Source: Euglena gracilis
Taxonomy: Eukaryota
Assembly: GCA_039621445.1 (NCBI GenBank)
Contig: CP154954.1
Span: forward strand, 37,557,703-37,621,702
Length of the DNA: 64,000 bases
Direction of reading: 5' to 3'
A model generated the notes under the pieces. That model searched no databases and had not been told where the DNA came from. It saw nothing but the letters and a program-made list of their open reading frames with translations. Every line of letters starts with the position of its first letter. The stretch's first letter is position 1. Made by a program: the position numbers and the translations under genes. Of the stretch, positions 1-12,600 are shown piece after piece.

Positions 1-1540
1 CTCCGGCCAGATCACCTTCGGAGCATGCTAGCAGACTTGCCAGGATCGCGAGCTGAGGATCTCCTTGAATGCTTGGACAAATTTGTCACAGATTGCATCT
101 CCAAAGGAGTCCACCCCCTCATGGCTCCGATTCTATCATCGGCAACTCTCACACCCTTGCGTAAGGCAGCCGCCAACCCACAGAATGGTAGTGAACCGGC
201 AGCTGATGGCACCCGCCCAATCGCTTCTGGTGAGTGCCTTCGGCGGTTGGTGGCCAAAGTGCTGATGCACCACCCAGCAGTGACCCAATCACTTAAGGAC
301 CTGTGCCCCCTGCAAACAGGTGTCGGTGTCAGAAATGCTTGCAGCCTGACAGCCATGGGTTTGCAACAGATGGTTTCTGATCTTCACAATAAGAAGGAAG
401 AACGGTGGGGCTTGCTCCAAATTGACCTCACAAACGCCTTCAACAGGATGTTTCGCGCCTCCGCTCTCGACAGTGTCCGCCGCAGATGCCCATCCGCCCT
501 GCCATGGTTGGAGAGCTGCTATAGCCAACATTCTCGCCTGTTTTGTGGGAAATCGCTGCTGCTATCCGCCCGAGGGGCACAACAAGGGGATCCGTGTGGT
601 CCTGCTCTCTTTGCATGGGGTCTCCAAGACATGCTTGAAGATTTGTCCGCTTCTGTGGAATGGCAAGGCTGGTACCTCGACGACGGACATCTGTTGGGTT
701 CCCCCATGCAACTCCACTCAGCACTGTCCACTCTCTCCAGGGAGGCAGGAAAAAGGGGCCTTGTTGTCAATCTTGCAAAGTGCAACCTGTGGGGCCCCTC
801 TTTCACCTCTGCTAGCAACCATGGGTGTTATCCGGACGCTATTCCACCAGACAGCCCCCTGCGCCAAGTGCCAATTGTCCCGTTTGTGAAGGACTCCGGC
901 GTCAAGGTCCTTGGTGTGCCACTCTGCCATCCTGAAGGTGACGCTTTTGCCCGACAAATCTGGCGCAAACGCGTGGATGGTGTTGTGAAGGCATGTGACT
1001 CCCTCTCAAGGCTCCCCCAGGCACACCTCCAGTTCACCATTCTGCGATATTGCCTGACATCATGCAAAGTCAACGACCTCCTTCGCGCTACGCCTCTTTC
1101 CACGGGCCGCCCAGAATGTGCAGCTTTCCGTACGACCCTCCGACATTGCTTTGAAGGAATAGTTGGCGGCCCTGCTTCCCTGAACAATGGGAACAAATTT
1201 GTCTCCCCATCCGGCTGGGTGGACTGGGCATCTCTGACCCGGGACACATTCGTCTACCAGCTCGGATTGCTGGCATTGTGGAATACATCCGTCGAGGCCC
1301 CGAAACCCTTGGTATTCCTTCGGCGTTCCCCAGGGCCCCCTCAGACACTCTGGTGTGCCTCCAAGAAGCCTCAGCCATCCTCGGCAACGTTGCACCACTG
1401 GTGCAATGGGTTGACGACCTGTCACTGTTGAAAGACGCGCAAAGTCCTCACACCTCCCAAAAGTGGTGGAATGGACAATTTTCCACGGCACGGCAAACAG
1501 TTCTTGCAAGGACCCTGCCCCCCACTGACCAAGTCCAATT
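1..1540 (+). pseudogene. CRE/SLACS-clade non-LTR retrotransposon reverse transcriptase region (runs off window 5' end, frameshifted, 3' broken)
   Basis: ORF 25..1431 has RT motifs RPIASGECLRRLVAK, QTGVGV, DLTNAFN, GAQQGDPCGPALF, YLDDG. A frameshift near 1170 continues as QICLPIRLGGLGI...QKWW...DQVQL, and homology stops at ~1540. Confidence 0.9.
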
Positions 1541-1559
1541 AGTGAAAAGCTTCCTAATT

Positions 1560-2500
1560 TTGAGGGGATTTGGTGGCCAATTCCTAACTTTCAGTGATTA
1601 ATGCCTAATTTGGGGTGCAAAGCCCTACAAGAGGGGTTGCTTTGGGCAATTTTTAGTCACTTGAAACCGTTCCACACAAAATTTCAGCCTTTTTCCGTCC
1701 ATAACAGGTAATTTTTGTCAGTTCGTGGAAAACGGACCATCAACTGAACAATTTTTAGTCATTCGAATAATTTGTTGGCAAAATTCCTTCACAATGACTA
1801 TGGAATGACCCAAAAATCGGCTGAAATGGTCAAAATTGGTCAAAAAAGTCCCAAAATTGGCAAAATTGACAAAAAATGACGAAAAATGACTTCAAATGGA
1901 GGCTAGGCGCGCCGCTCGGGGGGGTCCGGGACCCCCCCCTCCCCCCCCCCTGCGCGTCCCCTGCGCGGCCGCCCGCGCGGCCGCTCGCCCCCCCCCCCTG
2001 GACCCCCCCCTCCCCCCACTGTGCCCAGCATAGCCAAGAAAAAAAATTTTGGTGAAAAAATCGCGATTTTTTGAGGCCCAAAAATGACCAAAAATGACCA
2101 TTTTCGGACACAAAATGGCAAATTTGGGGGCCGCGCGCTCTGCGCGCGGCCAAAAAAAGCACTTTTTTTGGTCAAAAATGCCCAAAAATGGCAAAAAATG
2201 ACCACTTTTTGGACCCGAAAATCACCGATTTTAGGATGCGCCCGCCGCCCTCGGCCCCCCCTCCCCCCCCCTCCCCCCCGCGCGGCCGCCCGCGCGGCCG
2301 CTCGCCCCCCCCCTAGACCCCCCCCCCTCCCCCCCTGTGCCTAGCCTCCAATGGGCAAAAATGCAGCCTCCACGAACGATGAACATGACCTTGACAGGGG
2401 ATTGGCGGCGAAATTGTTTTTGTATTGTCGAGCTATGGCTCGGGTCATTTTCCTGTGAGTCACACGGCTGGCCGACGGCTGGCCGACGGCGTGCTCCCCC
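1560..2500. mobile_element. Non-autonomous element ending in GTGCTCCCCC (second copy ~9900-10394), interrupted by a MITE
   Basis: 1640-1897 plus 2350-2500 align with ~10005-10394 (e.g. AATGACTA...ACGATGAACATGACCTTG...GGCCGACGGCGTGCTCCCCC). Confidence 0.65.
1898..2349. mobile_element. MITE with GGAGGCTAGG TIRs and 3-bp TSD (AAT), PIF/Harbinger-like
   Basis: AAT|GGAGGCTAGG...CCTAGCCTCC|AAT. The paralogous empty site at ~10243 reads AAATGGACAAAA. Further partial copies at ~7142-7470, ~8760-8845 and ~11860-12042. Confidence 0.8.
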
Positions 2501-3111
2501 TTTGTCTGCTTCTTGTTTTCCTTGCCAAATCGGAAGTTGTGCGGCGCGGCTCAGAGGGTTGCTTGGGGTCTGTGTGTGACGGATGGTGACGTCGATTGCG
2601 ACTGGGCCTTCGCTGTCAAGGCGAGGAATGAAGATATCACCAGGGCGGGAATTGTCATCAGCCCGTTGTTCTTTTTTGGCTTGGAATCCGGCGCGTTGAG
2701 CCAGGGAGGTGAGGAAGTCTTGGGCCGCTGCATGTCGCTTTAAAGGTTGTTGAATTTGCAACATAGTAGGTGATGTCCAGAAACATCCAATGTTCCTTGG
2801 CATTTTGGGCAGAGTGTCTTGCTTGAAGAAGCACCCTCTGTGAGTGGCATCCCAATGTTCCAACGCAAAAGGCAGCGAAATTCAGCAGAAGGCAACAAAG
2901 TGCGGGTGCCCGTGCTTGGGGTGGCAGCCGCCCAGGCCATGGCATGTGGCTGACATTGGCTAAGCCAACTCTCCCGTTGCCCTAACAAGGCTTTAAGGAG
3001 AGTGGACATCAGAGAACGACCTTGCTGCCCCATGCCGCCAAAGCAGTCAAGCACAAACGGGGTGAGGCGCCAGCCTCGTCTCGAGCACGTTGCATCATAT
3101 TTGCGGTGTTT
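2501..3111 (-). pseudogene. C-terminal zinc knuckle and restriction-like endonuclease (RLE) of the CRE element, inverted and permuted
   Basis: CPKCQGTLDVSGHHLLCC, RHAAAQDFL, RPGDIFI, VAIDVTI...KQEADK (2960->2501) and HRKYDATCSRRGWRLTPFVLDCFGGMG (3108->2965). In-frame stop at ~2740. Confidence 0.85.
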
Positions 3112-4364
3112 GGGGGAGCACACGGCTGGCCGACGGCTGGCCGACGGCGTGACGGAAGCCGGGTCCTGTCGTTGAGCTTTTGTTGAGTTGCAAATGCCTA
3201 ATTTGGTGTGCCTGTTCTAAATTTTGGAAGGGAAATTCCTAATTTAGTGTGCCAATTCCTAATTTTGAGGTACAAATTCCTATTTTCATGTGTATATTCC
3301 TAATTTTGAGTGGCAAATGCCTAATTTTGGGTGTAAAGTGCAGATATTTTGAGTGCTAATCCCAAGTTTGTGCCAATGCCTTCTTTTGAGTGGCAAACCA
3401 AACCGAAGAAGCAGAAGTGTGGCAAGGACTGTCACTCACCCTGGCCAAAGAAATCTCTAAACAGCTGGTTTGGAGCTTCTACACCAACCTGTCAAATGAC
3501 ACTGACCTGTCTGCCGGTTGCCACCTCCCGTATTCCCAGTAAACACCTTAGTTCACCCCCTGTCGACCTTGGTTAACCCACCTCCTCCACTTGAACCCTT
3601 CCCGCCTCATACTCCTGCCTCATACTCCTGTCCTCCCGAGACTCCCCTTGCTATGCCAGGCCCAAGCTGACACTCCCTGACATGCCACCTAACGACCCGA
3701 CACACACACGCCATCCAACGGCAAGAACAACAACGCACGCCCCAAAGCCAAAAACCCCGACACAAACACGCCATCGCGTGGCAAAAGAGGTACAAACGCC
3801 CCCCCCGCCCAATATATATTGAAGGTGACCTTGGCTCATCTTCCTCTAACCACTAACCCCCGCACCCTGAACAATCAGCACTTTTTGTACATTAAGCTCA
3901 CAGTATAAGCAACCCGCGACCTGTGGCGGCACAGGGAGTCACAAGGGGGTTCCTCTTGTGGCCAGGGCCAAAAGAGACGTTTCCCTGGGCCCAGGGCACG
4001 GTTTGGGTGAAGCTGTGCCAAGGTTGACGGCTTGTTTTTTTTGAAACAAAAAAAACATGTTTTTTTAAAAAAAAAAATTTAAAAAAAACAAAAAAAACGT
4101 CATGGAGGGTTTGGGGGAAAAATTTTTTGCAATGTTTTTTTTTTTGAGAAAAAGTGCATTTTTTATCTCTACAACGTGCATTTTTTTTGGGTTGAAAGCA
4201 TGATTTTTCGCACCAGAAAACACAGATTTGGAAATACTTTCACACATTTGAAAAAAAAAAACTTCACAGGGGGTGTTCCCCCCATGACCCCCCTCCCCCA
4301 ACCCAACCTAAGACCCGTTTCGGCCATTTTTTTTTCTGAAAAACTTGGCCGGTGATCCCTAATT

Positions 4365-4817
4365 TAGGGTTGTGCCAATTAATCGTTTCGAGCCGACGAA
4401 CGATTAATCGCGATTAATCGAGGTGCCTCGGGCGATTAACGATTAATTGGTGCTTTGCAAATTTTGATTCTGAACGTTGCATGATAAACGTGAACACAGA
4501 GCATAGTTAATTCCTTGGCGGTCTCCCTGGCATTTCCCAGGCGCCATTTTAGCAAATTAGGATCTGCTTGATACTACTAAAAATCGCGCAACTTTGCACT
4601 TGCTCGATGTCATTTTTAAGAACCCTTTGCATGGTACCAGCAGGAAGTAGGTGCATTATATTACTGGTGACTGTTCGAAATTGGGTGCTTTCAGCAAATA
4701 TCGTGCCCATCGCGGGTGGCATCCATATTGAACGATTAATCGCCCTGGGCTGAACGATTCGATTAATCGGCGATCACGAACGATTAGTCGATTAATCGAT
4801 TAATCGAAACAGCCCTA
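4365..4817. mobile_element. hAT-like MITE (TAGGG...CCCTA) with 7-8 bp TSD CCTAATT(T)
   Basis: Imperfect TIRs TAGGGTTGTGCCAATTAATCG / CGATTAATCGAAACAGCCCTA, subterminal CGATTAATCG palindromes, and a related empty site at ~17165 (GTGATGCCTAATTTGA). Confidence 0.7.
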
Positions 4818-5198
4818 CCTAATTTGACAAAATATTCCGGCAGATTTCCTAATTTTCGTTTGGGGGATTCCTATTTTGGAGCCTAAAAAGGATTTTTCCC
4901 CAAAATTTGTTTTCGGTGATTTCTAATCTGGCCACCGAAAATGTGACCCCCCCCCTCGTGACCTCCCCCCCCCCCCTGTGACCCCCCCGTGCCCCCCCCC
5001 CCCCCTCGTGACCCGAACCACCCGCGAAAAATTTTCTTCAAAAAAATGGTCATTTCGCAAGAAAAAAGGTCAATTTTTGCTTCTTCAAAAAAATTTTTTT
5101 TTGCGTTTTTTTAAAAAAACATGTTTTTTTGTTTTTTTAAAAAAACAAAAAAAACGTCAACCCTAAGCTGTGCTACCCGCCGTGATTCTGAGATTTCT

Positions 5199-5544
5199 GA
5201 GTCACATATGGCACAAAGTGGGGCCCCCATACCTGGGGTATGGGGGTGGTATGGGGTATGGGGTATGGGGTATGGGGTATGGGGTATGGGGGGAAAAGGT
5301 GAGGTTTATTTTTTGCCGGGGGGGTCCGGGGGGGGGGGGGGGGGAGCCCCCCCCGGGCACTGGAACAGTTTCATACGTTGCGCGATTAGCTTGCTTAGAG
5401 CTCCGTGATTAAGATGAGGTTTATTTTGGGGGTTATTGGGGTATGGGGTATGGGGTATGGGGTATGGGGTATGGGGTATGGGGTATGGGGTATGGGGTAT
5501 GGGGTATGGGGGTGGTATGGGGGCTCCACTTTGTGCCATGACTC
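5199..5544. mobile_element. TIR element carrying (GGGGTAT)n heptamer arrays
   Basis: GAGTCA..ATGGCACAAAGTGG / CCACTTTGTGCCATGACTC inverted ends with TTCT on both flanks. GGGGTAT arrays at ~5235-5290 and ~5438-5520. Confidence 0.6.
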
Positions 5545-5879
5545 TTCTGAGTGTCAAAAAAAAAAAGAGGCCCAGTTCATTTTGATTGATTCATTCGTGT
5601 GGCTATTTTGATGAAGAGAACTGGCAAGAAAACGCTTGGTGCCTCATCGTCATCTCCTTTTTCCACCCACTGAACCCGAAGCCGCTGTAGAGCGTAGAGC
5701 GTGCATACGCGCAGCAGCTCGCCCCCCCCCCCCCCCCCGGCCGGCCGAAGGCCGGCCCTGACCGACCCTCCCCATATAATACCCCCCCCATATAAGACCC
5801 CCCCTGGGATTTTGGCTCCTGAGGGGGGGTCTTATATGGGGGTGGGCATGGTAGGCTGACAACGACACCCGCCCTGGTG

Positions 5880-6108
5880 CGTTTTTATTCCACATTTGGA
5901 CAGCAAGGACCTGTGGCAATTGACGTCACTATTTGGCACACCCAAATTTCAAGCAACCCTCTTGGCCGTGCCAGCCAACTTCAATCAGGGCAAGGGAAGG
6001 CTGACAAACACCGGAGAATTGATGCCGCTTGCACAAGACGCGGTTGGCGCCTCACTGCCTTTGTGCTTGATTGCTTCGGGGGGGCTGGGCACAGAGGGCA
6101 TCCCATGG
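5880..6108 (+). pseudogene. Second decayed CRE RLE-domain fragment
   Basis: GPVAIDVTIWHTQISSNPLGRASQL...ADKHRRIDAACTRRGWRLTAFVLDCFGG is paralogous to 2501-3111. Confidence 0.8.
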
Positions 6109-8319
6109 ACTAATTGTCGAACGTTGTTCAAGACAGGGGGGGTTGAGCCCCCGCGTCCCCCCCGCGTCCCCCCCCGCGTCCCCCCGCGTCCCCACCAAGT
6201 GGCTTGGTGTCCTTTTTTTGAAGAGGCTTTTCTGCAATGTCCCGGCATGCTTGATGTGATGAAACAAAGAAAAGGGGAGAAGGAAAAAGAATGTTGCAAA
6301 GTGAGAAGTCAAATTTTTATCCTTGCCACTCAAAAAAATGGCAGTTGTTTGCTGGAGCCCAGGCATGGGGGGTCCCGTGGGACCCCTGCCGCTTGTGATG
6401 GGTGAAGGTCGTGACCTAACGAGTCTCTTACGGATGCTTCCGATTTCTTTGTACTGCAGTTGATGGGATGCGGGAAGACAATTGGTGGTGGTTGCAAAAG
6501 TGTCCATTTGTTATTTCCTTTTTGTTCGGCATGATCAATGCTAATCCTGAATGTCCCCCCGCAATGCAATCACTGCACACCTTTCCCATTTTGTGTCCTT
6601 TTTGTTGACACCGTTCCCATCTCCTGTTCTCTTTTCCATTTTGTCAATTTTTTTTCAGCCCATGGCATTCAGCCCATCCTCTCACCTGGAATTTCTGATC
6701 ATGGTGTATCCCAAAGAGCCATCTTCCCAATTTGAGTTTGCTAGAGACTGCCTTTCAAAGAATTTTTTTGAAAGGGAATTTTGTAGGATATTCTAATCGA
6801 CCAGCACATTTTTTGGGAATGTTGGGCCATTTTTGACAAAACTCCATTTTGGGTGTGGAAATGCACCAGTTTTTGGAGGTTTTTTTTTAAGAGGACGTTG
6901 CGTTGCAAAACTTGTTTTAAAAAAAAACACACTTTCCATTTTTTTTGTAAAAAGGCACTTTTTTGTTGCCTTTTTTCAATAATAAAAAAAGAACAGAATT
7001 TTTTTAAAAAAAGTCAGCTTTGATCATGGTCCCTAGAATGGTGGTGCCCCCGCGTCCCCCCCCGCGTCCCCCCCGCGTCCCCAACACCCCCAGGCGTGCG
7101 GGCCCTGCAAAATAGGTGTTAGACAAATCAATTGCACTAACGGAGGCTAGGCACAGTGGGGGGGGGTCCAGGGGGGGCGAGCGGGGGGGGGGGAGGGGGT
7201 CCGAGGGCGGCCGCGCGGGCGGAACGCATCCTAAAATCGGTGATTTTCGGGTCAAAAAAATGGTCATTTTTTGCCATTTTTGGGCATTTTTGACCCAAAA
7301 AATGCTTTTTTGGCCGCGCGCAGAGCGCGCGGCCCCCAAATTTGCCGTTTTGTGTCCAAAAATGGTCATTTTTGGTCATTTTTGGGCCTCAAAAAATCGA
7401 GATTTTTTCACCAAAATTTTTTTTCTTGGCTATACTAGGCACAGTGGGGGGAGGGGGTCCAGGGGGGGGGCGACCGCCCGCAACCGTGCGGGTCCCCGGT
7501 ACCCAGAGCCGGGGATACCCAAGCCGATGACATCCCATATCGTCACTCCACTTCAGGGGCAACGATGATGGGAGCGGTGCGAAATCGGGGTAACCACGCC
7601 TGGGCCGCATCAACTGTTCGGAGGCGTCCCGAATCATAATGACACCCTCTTTTCCCCTTTTTTAGAAGACCAAAAAGTAACAAAGAAGACCAAAAAGTAA
7701 CAAACACAATTACAATTATTACAGAAATTATACAAAATAACTCCAATGGTCTCCATTTCTCCACAAGGGCACCATAAACCATTCTTCAACATATGATTTT
7801 TACACCATCACCACCCCGCTGAGCCGCCGGCCGGGCCGTGCTGGGCCGGGGTGGTCTCCCAAAGAGCTCAGCTCTACGTCACACCCTGGTTCAATTTGGG
7901 GTGGCACCTTCAATTGAAAGGGTCCTGCCCTTGGGTCCCCCCCCAGGCGGTCAAGAAGGGGGGTTCAAAAATTTATCTCCGGGCCGTTTGGTCAATTAGG
8001 AGGGGGTTCAATTAGGGGCAGGGGAGGTGGTAATACCTCCCCACTTTTCCATTGGGGAAACTGTGCTGGGCTCTGCTGCAAAATTTTTTTGTTTGCGTAA
8101 AAATAAACACCCTGTTGACCAAAAAGCGCAAGGATGACAAAAAGCGCAAAAAACAAAACACAAACACAAAACTTTCCAAAATTGCATTTGTTTTCCCTCC
8201 TACAAATTCCAATTATGCCAAGAAAAACACCCACAATTTTACCTCACAAGATGATTTTGGTCCATTTTTTGCACATGAAGCACAGCTTGCCAATCAATTG
8301 CATTGAAGGTGTTTTGTAG

Positions 8320-8571
8320 GTCCACTTGTAGGCCCTCAGACATCACCTTCTGCATGTTGCACGAAGGAATGCAATCCCTGCGCTATGGTCTCGCAATCTC
8401 CTGTCGACACTCCACATTGTTGCGTGTGTAGTTATGCTGCTCGCTGCCTCACACATGATGGCAAACTTGCCCACAAAGCGGCGGACAGTGTTTCTCACTG
8501 CAATGGGATGGACGTTCAACCTGCCAATGGAATCAAGGCAGCCGAAGAGATGAACGGTGTTGCTCGTGCAG
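8320..8571 (+). CDS. Probable internal exon (Cys-containing), possibly of the downstream EF-hand gene
   Basis: TTTTGTAG acceptor, CAG|GTAAGG donor, open 252-nt phase 1-1 frame (PLVGPQTSPSACCTKECNPC...EEMNGVARA) with non-repetitive composition. Confidence 0.5.
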
Positions 8572-9044
8572 GTAAGGAGCCATACAGTGCCGCTTTTGTG
8601 AACATGCAAAGAGCAGCAACCACGAGTCAAGCTGCCCCGCGCACCACATCTTGGAGCTGTTATGGTCAAGCACCGGGTCTGATTTCAGGGCTTGGGCCTG
8701 AGTTTGAGTGAGAGTGCGATAAATATACCATCCCCCCCCCATTATGCACCTCCCCGAGCGGCCGCGGGCGGCCGCGCAGGGGCCGCGCAGGGGGGGGGGG
8801 AGGGGGGGGGTCCCGGACCCCCCCGAGAGGCACGCCTAGCCTCCAACAGTTTTTAGCAGGGGCGCGCCGGGCAGCCTGGCGTCTTCAGCACCTCGACGCC
8901 GACCGGCACCTGCTAAAACCGTCAATGACAGTCAATTTTTGTACCATGCCCCCCCCCCCCCCGAGCTATTCCCGTCGTCCCTGGGTCCCTTTACGGTCCA
9001 ATGGAGGTAGACACAGGGGGGGTACATGAACGGTGCACGCCGGT

Positions 9045-9121
9045 TACCATCCCCCCCCCATTATGTACCCCCCCCATTATGTACCCCCTGGGGGGGAGGT
9101 ACATAATGGGGGGGGATGGTA
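9045..9121. mobile_element. Tiny fold-back MITE
   Basis: TACCAT-C(n)-ATTATGTACC ... GGTACATAAT-G(n)-ATGGTA inverted ends; the same end also occurs at ~8725. Confidence 0.6.
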
Positions 9122-9625
9122 GCTCACTGTCATAACACCTTTTCTAAAGAATTTCCCAAAAAATGCTCAAAAATCGATGTTTTTGGGACGTTATCAAAAA
9201 GTGATATTAGGCAAATGGGCTGAAAATTGACCATTTATTGCAAACATCCAAAAAGTTGCCAAAAATGACCCCTTTTGTGCTGTTCGGTCGGGTCTGGGAA
9301 AATGGGACCTGGGTACCCCCCCCATTGTGTACCTCCCCCCAATTATGTACCTCCCCCCCAATTTCGGCCTCCCGGCCGTGGGCAAGGGGTTTGATTTGGG
9401 GTTTCGCCCTGGGCTGCAGGTGAGGGTTTAGTTAGTGTTAAGTTGTTAGGGTTAGGTTGGGTTAGGTGTGTTAGTGTTAGTTAGCGAGATAAGTTTGTGT
9501 CGGGAGAGGGGTTAGGGAAGAGGGGGGGGACCGAAAGGGGATGTGGCATTTCTCGCCGGCATGGGGACCGGCGGCGTTTGCCATTGGCAAAATTGGATGG
9601 TTAATGATCAGAGTTAGAGGTATTT

Positions 9626-9652
9626 ACACTTTCGGAGTGTCTATTTTTTTCA
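9626..9652 (+). ncRNA. Euglenid spliced-leader (SL) exon relic followed by GTAT
   Basis: ACACTTTCGGAGTGTCTATTTTTTTCA|GTAT versus the euglenid SL as I recall it, ACACTTTCTGAGTGTCTATTTTTTTTCG: 2 substitutions and 1 fewer T. Confidence 0.75.
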
Positions 9653-12600
9653 GTATTTACCCAATGGATTGCAGAAGAAAACATTTTCATTAACAAACAA
9701 CATTCTCGTTGACACATGAACACAGGAAGCTGGTTTGTCTACCCAACATGAAGCATTTGCACACCAAACTTAGGCATTAGGTGCTGAAATTAAGCAATTT
9801 TCACCCCGAAATATGCATCTGCCACTCATGCCAGCCAAAATTGTGTTTTCCACATGAAAATGGGATTTTATTACACCCAAAATTTGGCAGTTGCCACTCG
9901 AAATTAGGAATTTACACATGAAATTAGGATTTTCCTCCTCAAAATTAGGAATTTGCCTCTGCCAAATCTTAATTTCGGATGTTCATTTTGACAAGAGGGG
10001 CCACAATTTTGAGTCATTTGAAACCATTTCACACAATATTTGAGCCTTTTTTCGTCCATTATTAGGTAAATTTTGCCAGTGGGACACCGGCTGAGCATTT
10101 TTTAGTCATTCGAAAAATATGTAGGCAAATAACCCTTCACAATGACTATAGAATGACCCAAAAAAAAAGGCTGAAATGGTAAAATTGGTCAAAAAAAGTC
10201 CAAAATCGGCAAAATTGACAAAAATTGACAAAAAATGACTTTAAATGGACAAAAATGCAGCCTCCACCAACGATGAACATGACCTTGAAGGGAGATTGGC
10301 GGCAAAATTGTTTTTGCATTCCAAGGCTGTGGTTCGGGTCATTTTCCTGTGAGTCACACGGCTGGCCGACGGCTGGCCGACGGCGTGCTCCCCCTTTGTT
10401 TCTCAATTGTTCGAGGGCCCCAAAAATGACAACAATGACAGGGGGGGTCCTGCGGGACCCCCCTGTCGGGGTTCGAACTCAACCAGACAGGGGGGGAGGG
10501 AGGTTTGGGGACCCGAACCACCTAGCCTCCATTTGATCTCCGGGGTGACCATGGTCGACCCTCACACCCCATAATGCCCCAAAAAATCAAAACCCCTGGT
10601 GCAGCCAAACTGATTTGGGGCCAATCCCCCCTGGGGGGGGGGGCGCTTTTCCTTTGTCAGTTGGGGTGGATTGGAAATGGGGGAGGGGGACTCGGACCCC
10701 CTGTTCATTTGGGGAACTGAAGTGCAGAAGGGGGAGGGAAAGGTTTTGGGGGTCCCAATCGGATGATTGTCCCCACTTGTCTGGTCGAAAATTTAAATCA
10801 TCTGTTGGTCAGATTTGGTAATTCAGCAGCCATGTTGCCAAAAGTTTTTTTCAAGCCTTTTCAATAGATGACCACAGAATTCACCGCCCTGTATAAATGC
10901 ACATGAGATGTGTTGCACAAAAACACCAATTTCATGCAAATTGGCCATTGTGCGAAGAAACAAACCGGAATACAACGGAATGGTATGGTAAACTGAACGG
11001 CATCCACACCCTTGGGCTCTATGCTGAAAATCACCAGGCCAATCAAAGCTGGCAAACCCCCCCAAAAAGCCCCCCAAAACACCTTCTTTGCGTTTTTATT
11101 ATTATTCAAAAAAGCAAAAAAACAACGCCAAAGGGTTCAAAGGAAAATCTTTTTGAATAACAATTTTTTTCAGGATTATATCCAACCCACCATCACATCT
11201 TTGGGATGTCTTTTGGCCATTTTTGAAACATTTCGTTTTTGGTGTGAAACTGTACCAGTTTTTTTTTCATGAATTTTTGGGTGTCTTTTCCATGGGGGTG
11301 GTTCGGGACGCGGGGAGGGGGGGACGCGGGGGGGGGGGACGCGGGGGGGACGCGGGGGGGAACCGTGGCCCAACCACCCCCACACGTTTTCTTTGGCGTC
11401 ACCTAAATTTGTATGTAATTTTCCTTTGGTCGACCAAAAAACGTGCCCGGCCAAAATCCGGGACGTGGGGGGGACGCGGGGGGGGACGCGGGGGGGACGC
11501 GGGGGGAACACCCCCCATAGAAAAAGGTGCATGATAGAGAGCTATTCCCAGCTTGGGGGAGCTTGGGCTTGGAATCTTGGGGGAGACCTCGGGGAGGGGA
11601 TGCCACCCTGTAATTCTCTGATGCAGATCCTTGCAAAATGTCCACAAGCAAAGATATCCCCCAAACCGTCAAGACTCTGCTGGCAGAATTTTCAAAGCAC
11701 CTAGAACAGCATCATCACAGTATGTTGGTGTTTCTATTTCCTCTCCATGCCCCCTCCCTGAGCTATTCCCTCCCGTGAGCTATTCCGGTGGTGGAACACT
11801 TTTTTTGGAGGGAAATATGGAAAAATTGGCCCAAGCCGAGACAATGGAGATTGGGCATTTTATGTCCGAAAATGGCCATCTTTGGTCATTTTTTTTGGGC
11901 CTCAAAAAAGTAGTGATTTTTTAGTGATTTTTTTTTCTTGGGAAGCTAGGCACAGTGGGGGGGAGGGGGTGGTCGAAGGGGGGCGAGCGGCCATGCGGGG
12001 GGTCCCGGACCCCCCCCCCCTCCCGAGTGGCACGCCTAGCCCCCAATGACCACCCTCACCCCCAAAGCGTCCCCCCCCCAAAGTGGCCAAAAGCTTTGGT
12101 TTACGCCCTCAAAGTGGGCGTTTTCCTTCGGCACTTTTGGCGCCGAAGGCCAAAATTTGATCCCGCCCTCCTCAGAGTGGCCATTTTGGGGTCCCATGGT
12201 GCCTGGAGGGTATTGTGGAGAACTCATCATTTCCCATGGAAAATATATTTGCAGCAAATGGCTAACCCCCCCCTTAATAGAAGCACGGCTGCGTTTACAG
12301 CGGACCGCCGCCTCCGGCGGCGGGGGGTGCGCTTCTATTTGAACCCTACCTGCGCGATTTTTGTTGTTTTCCTTTAGAAATGCCGTCAAAATGGGGGGTG
12401 CACTTGGAGGGGGTGTGTTTTTATTTGGACCCTGCGCTTGTAATGGCCCCGTGCTTCTTTTGGGGGGTTTATTGAGTTGAGGCGTGTGGGCAGCTTTTGT
12501 TGGCGGCTGCCTTCTCTTCCTGTGTGGGATGGTTCCTTTAGGGTGGGTTTTTCGGGGGGCGGGATCTATTGTTTGTTCCCTTGCCGCGGTCTTGTGTTTT

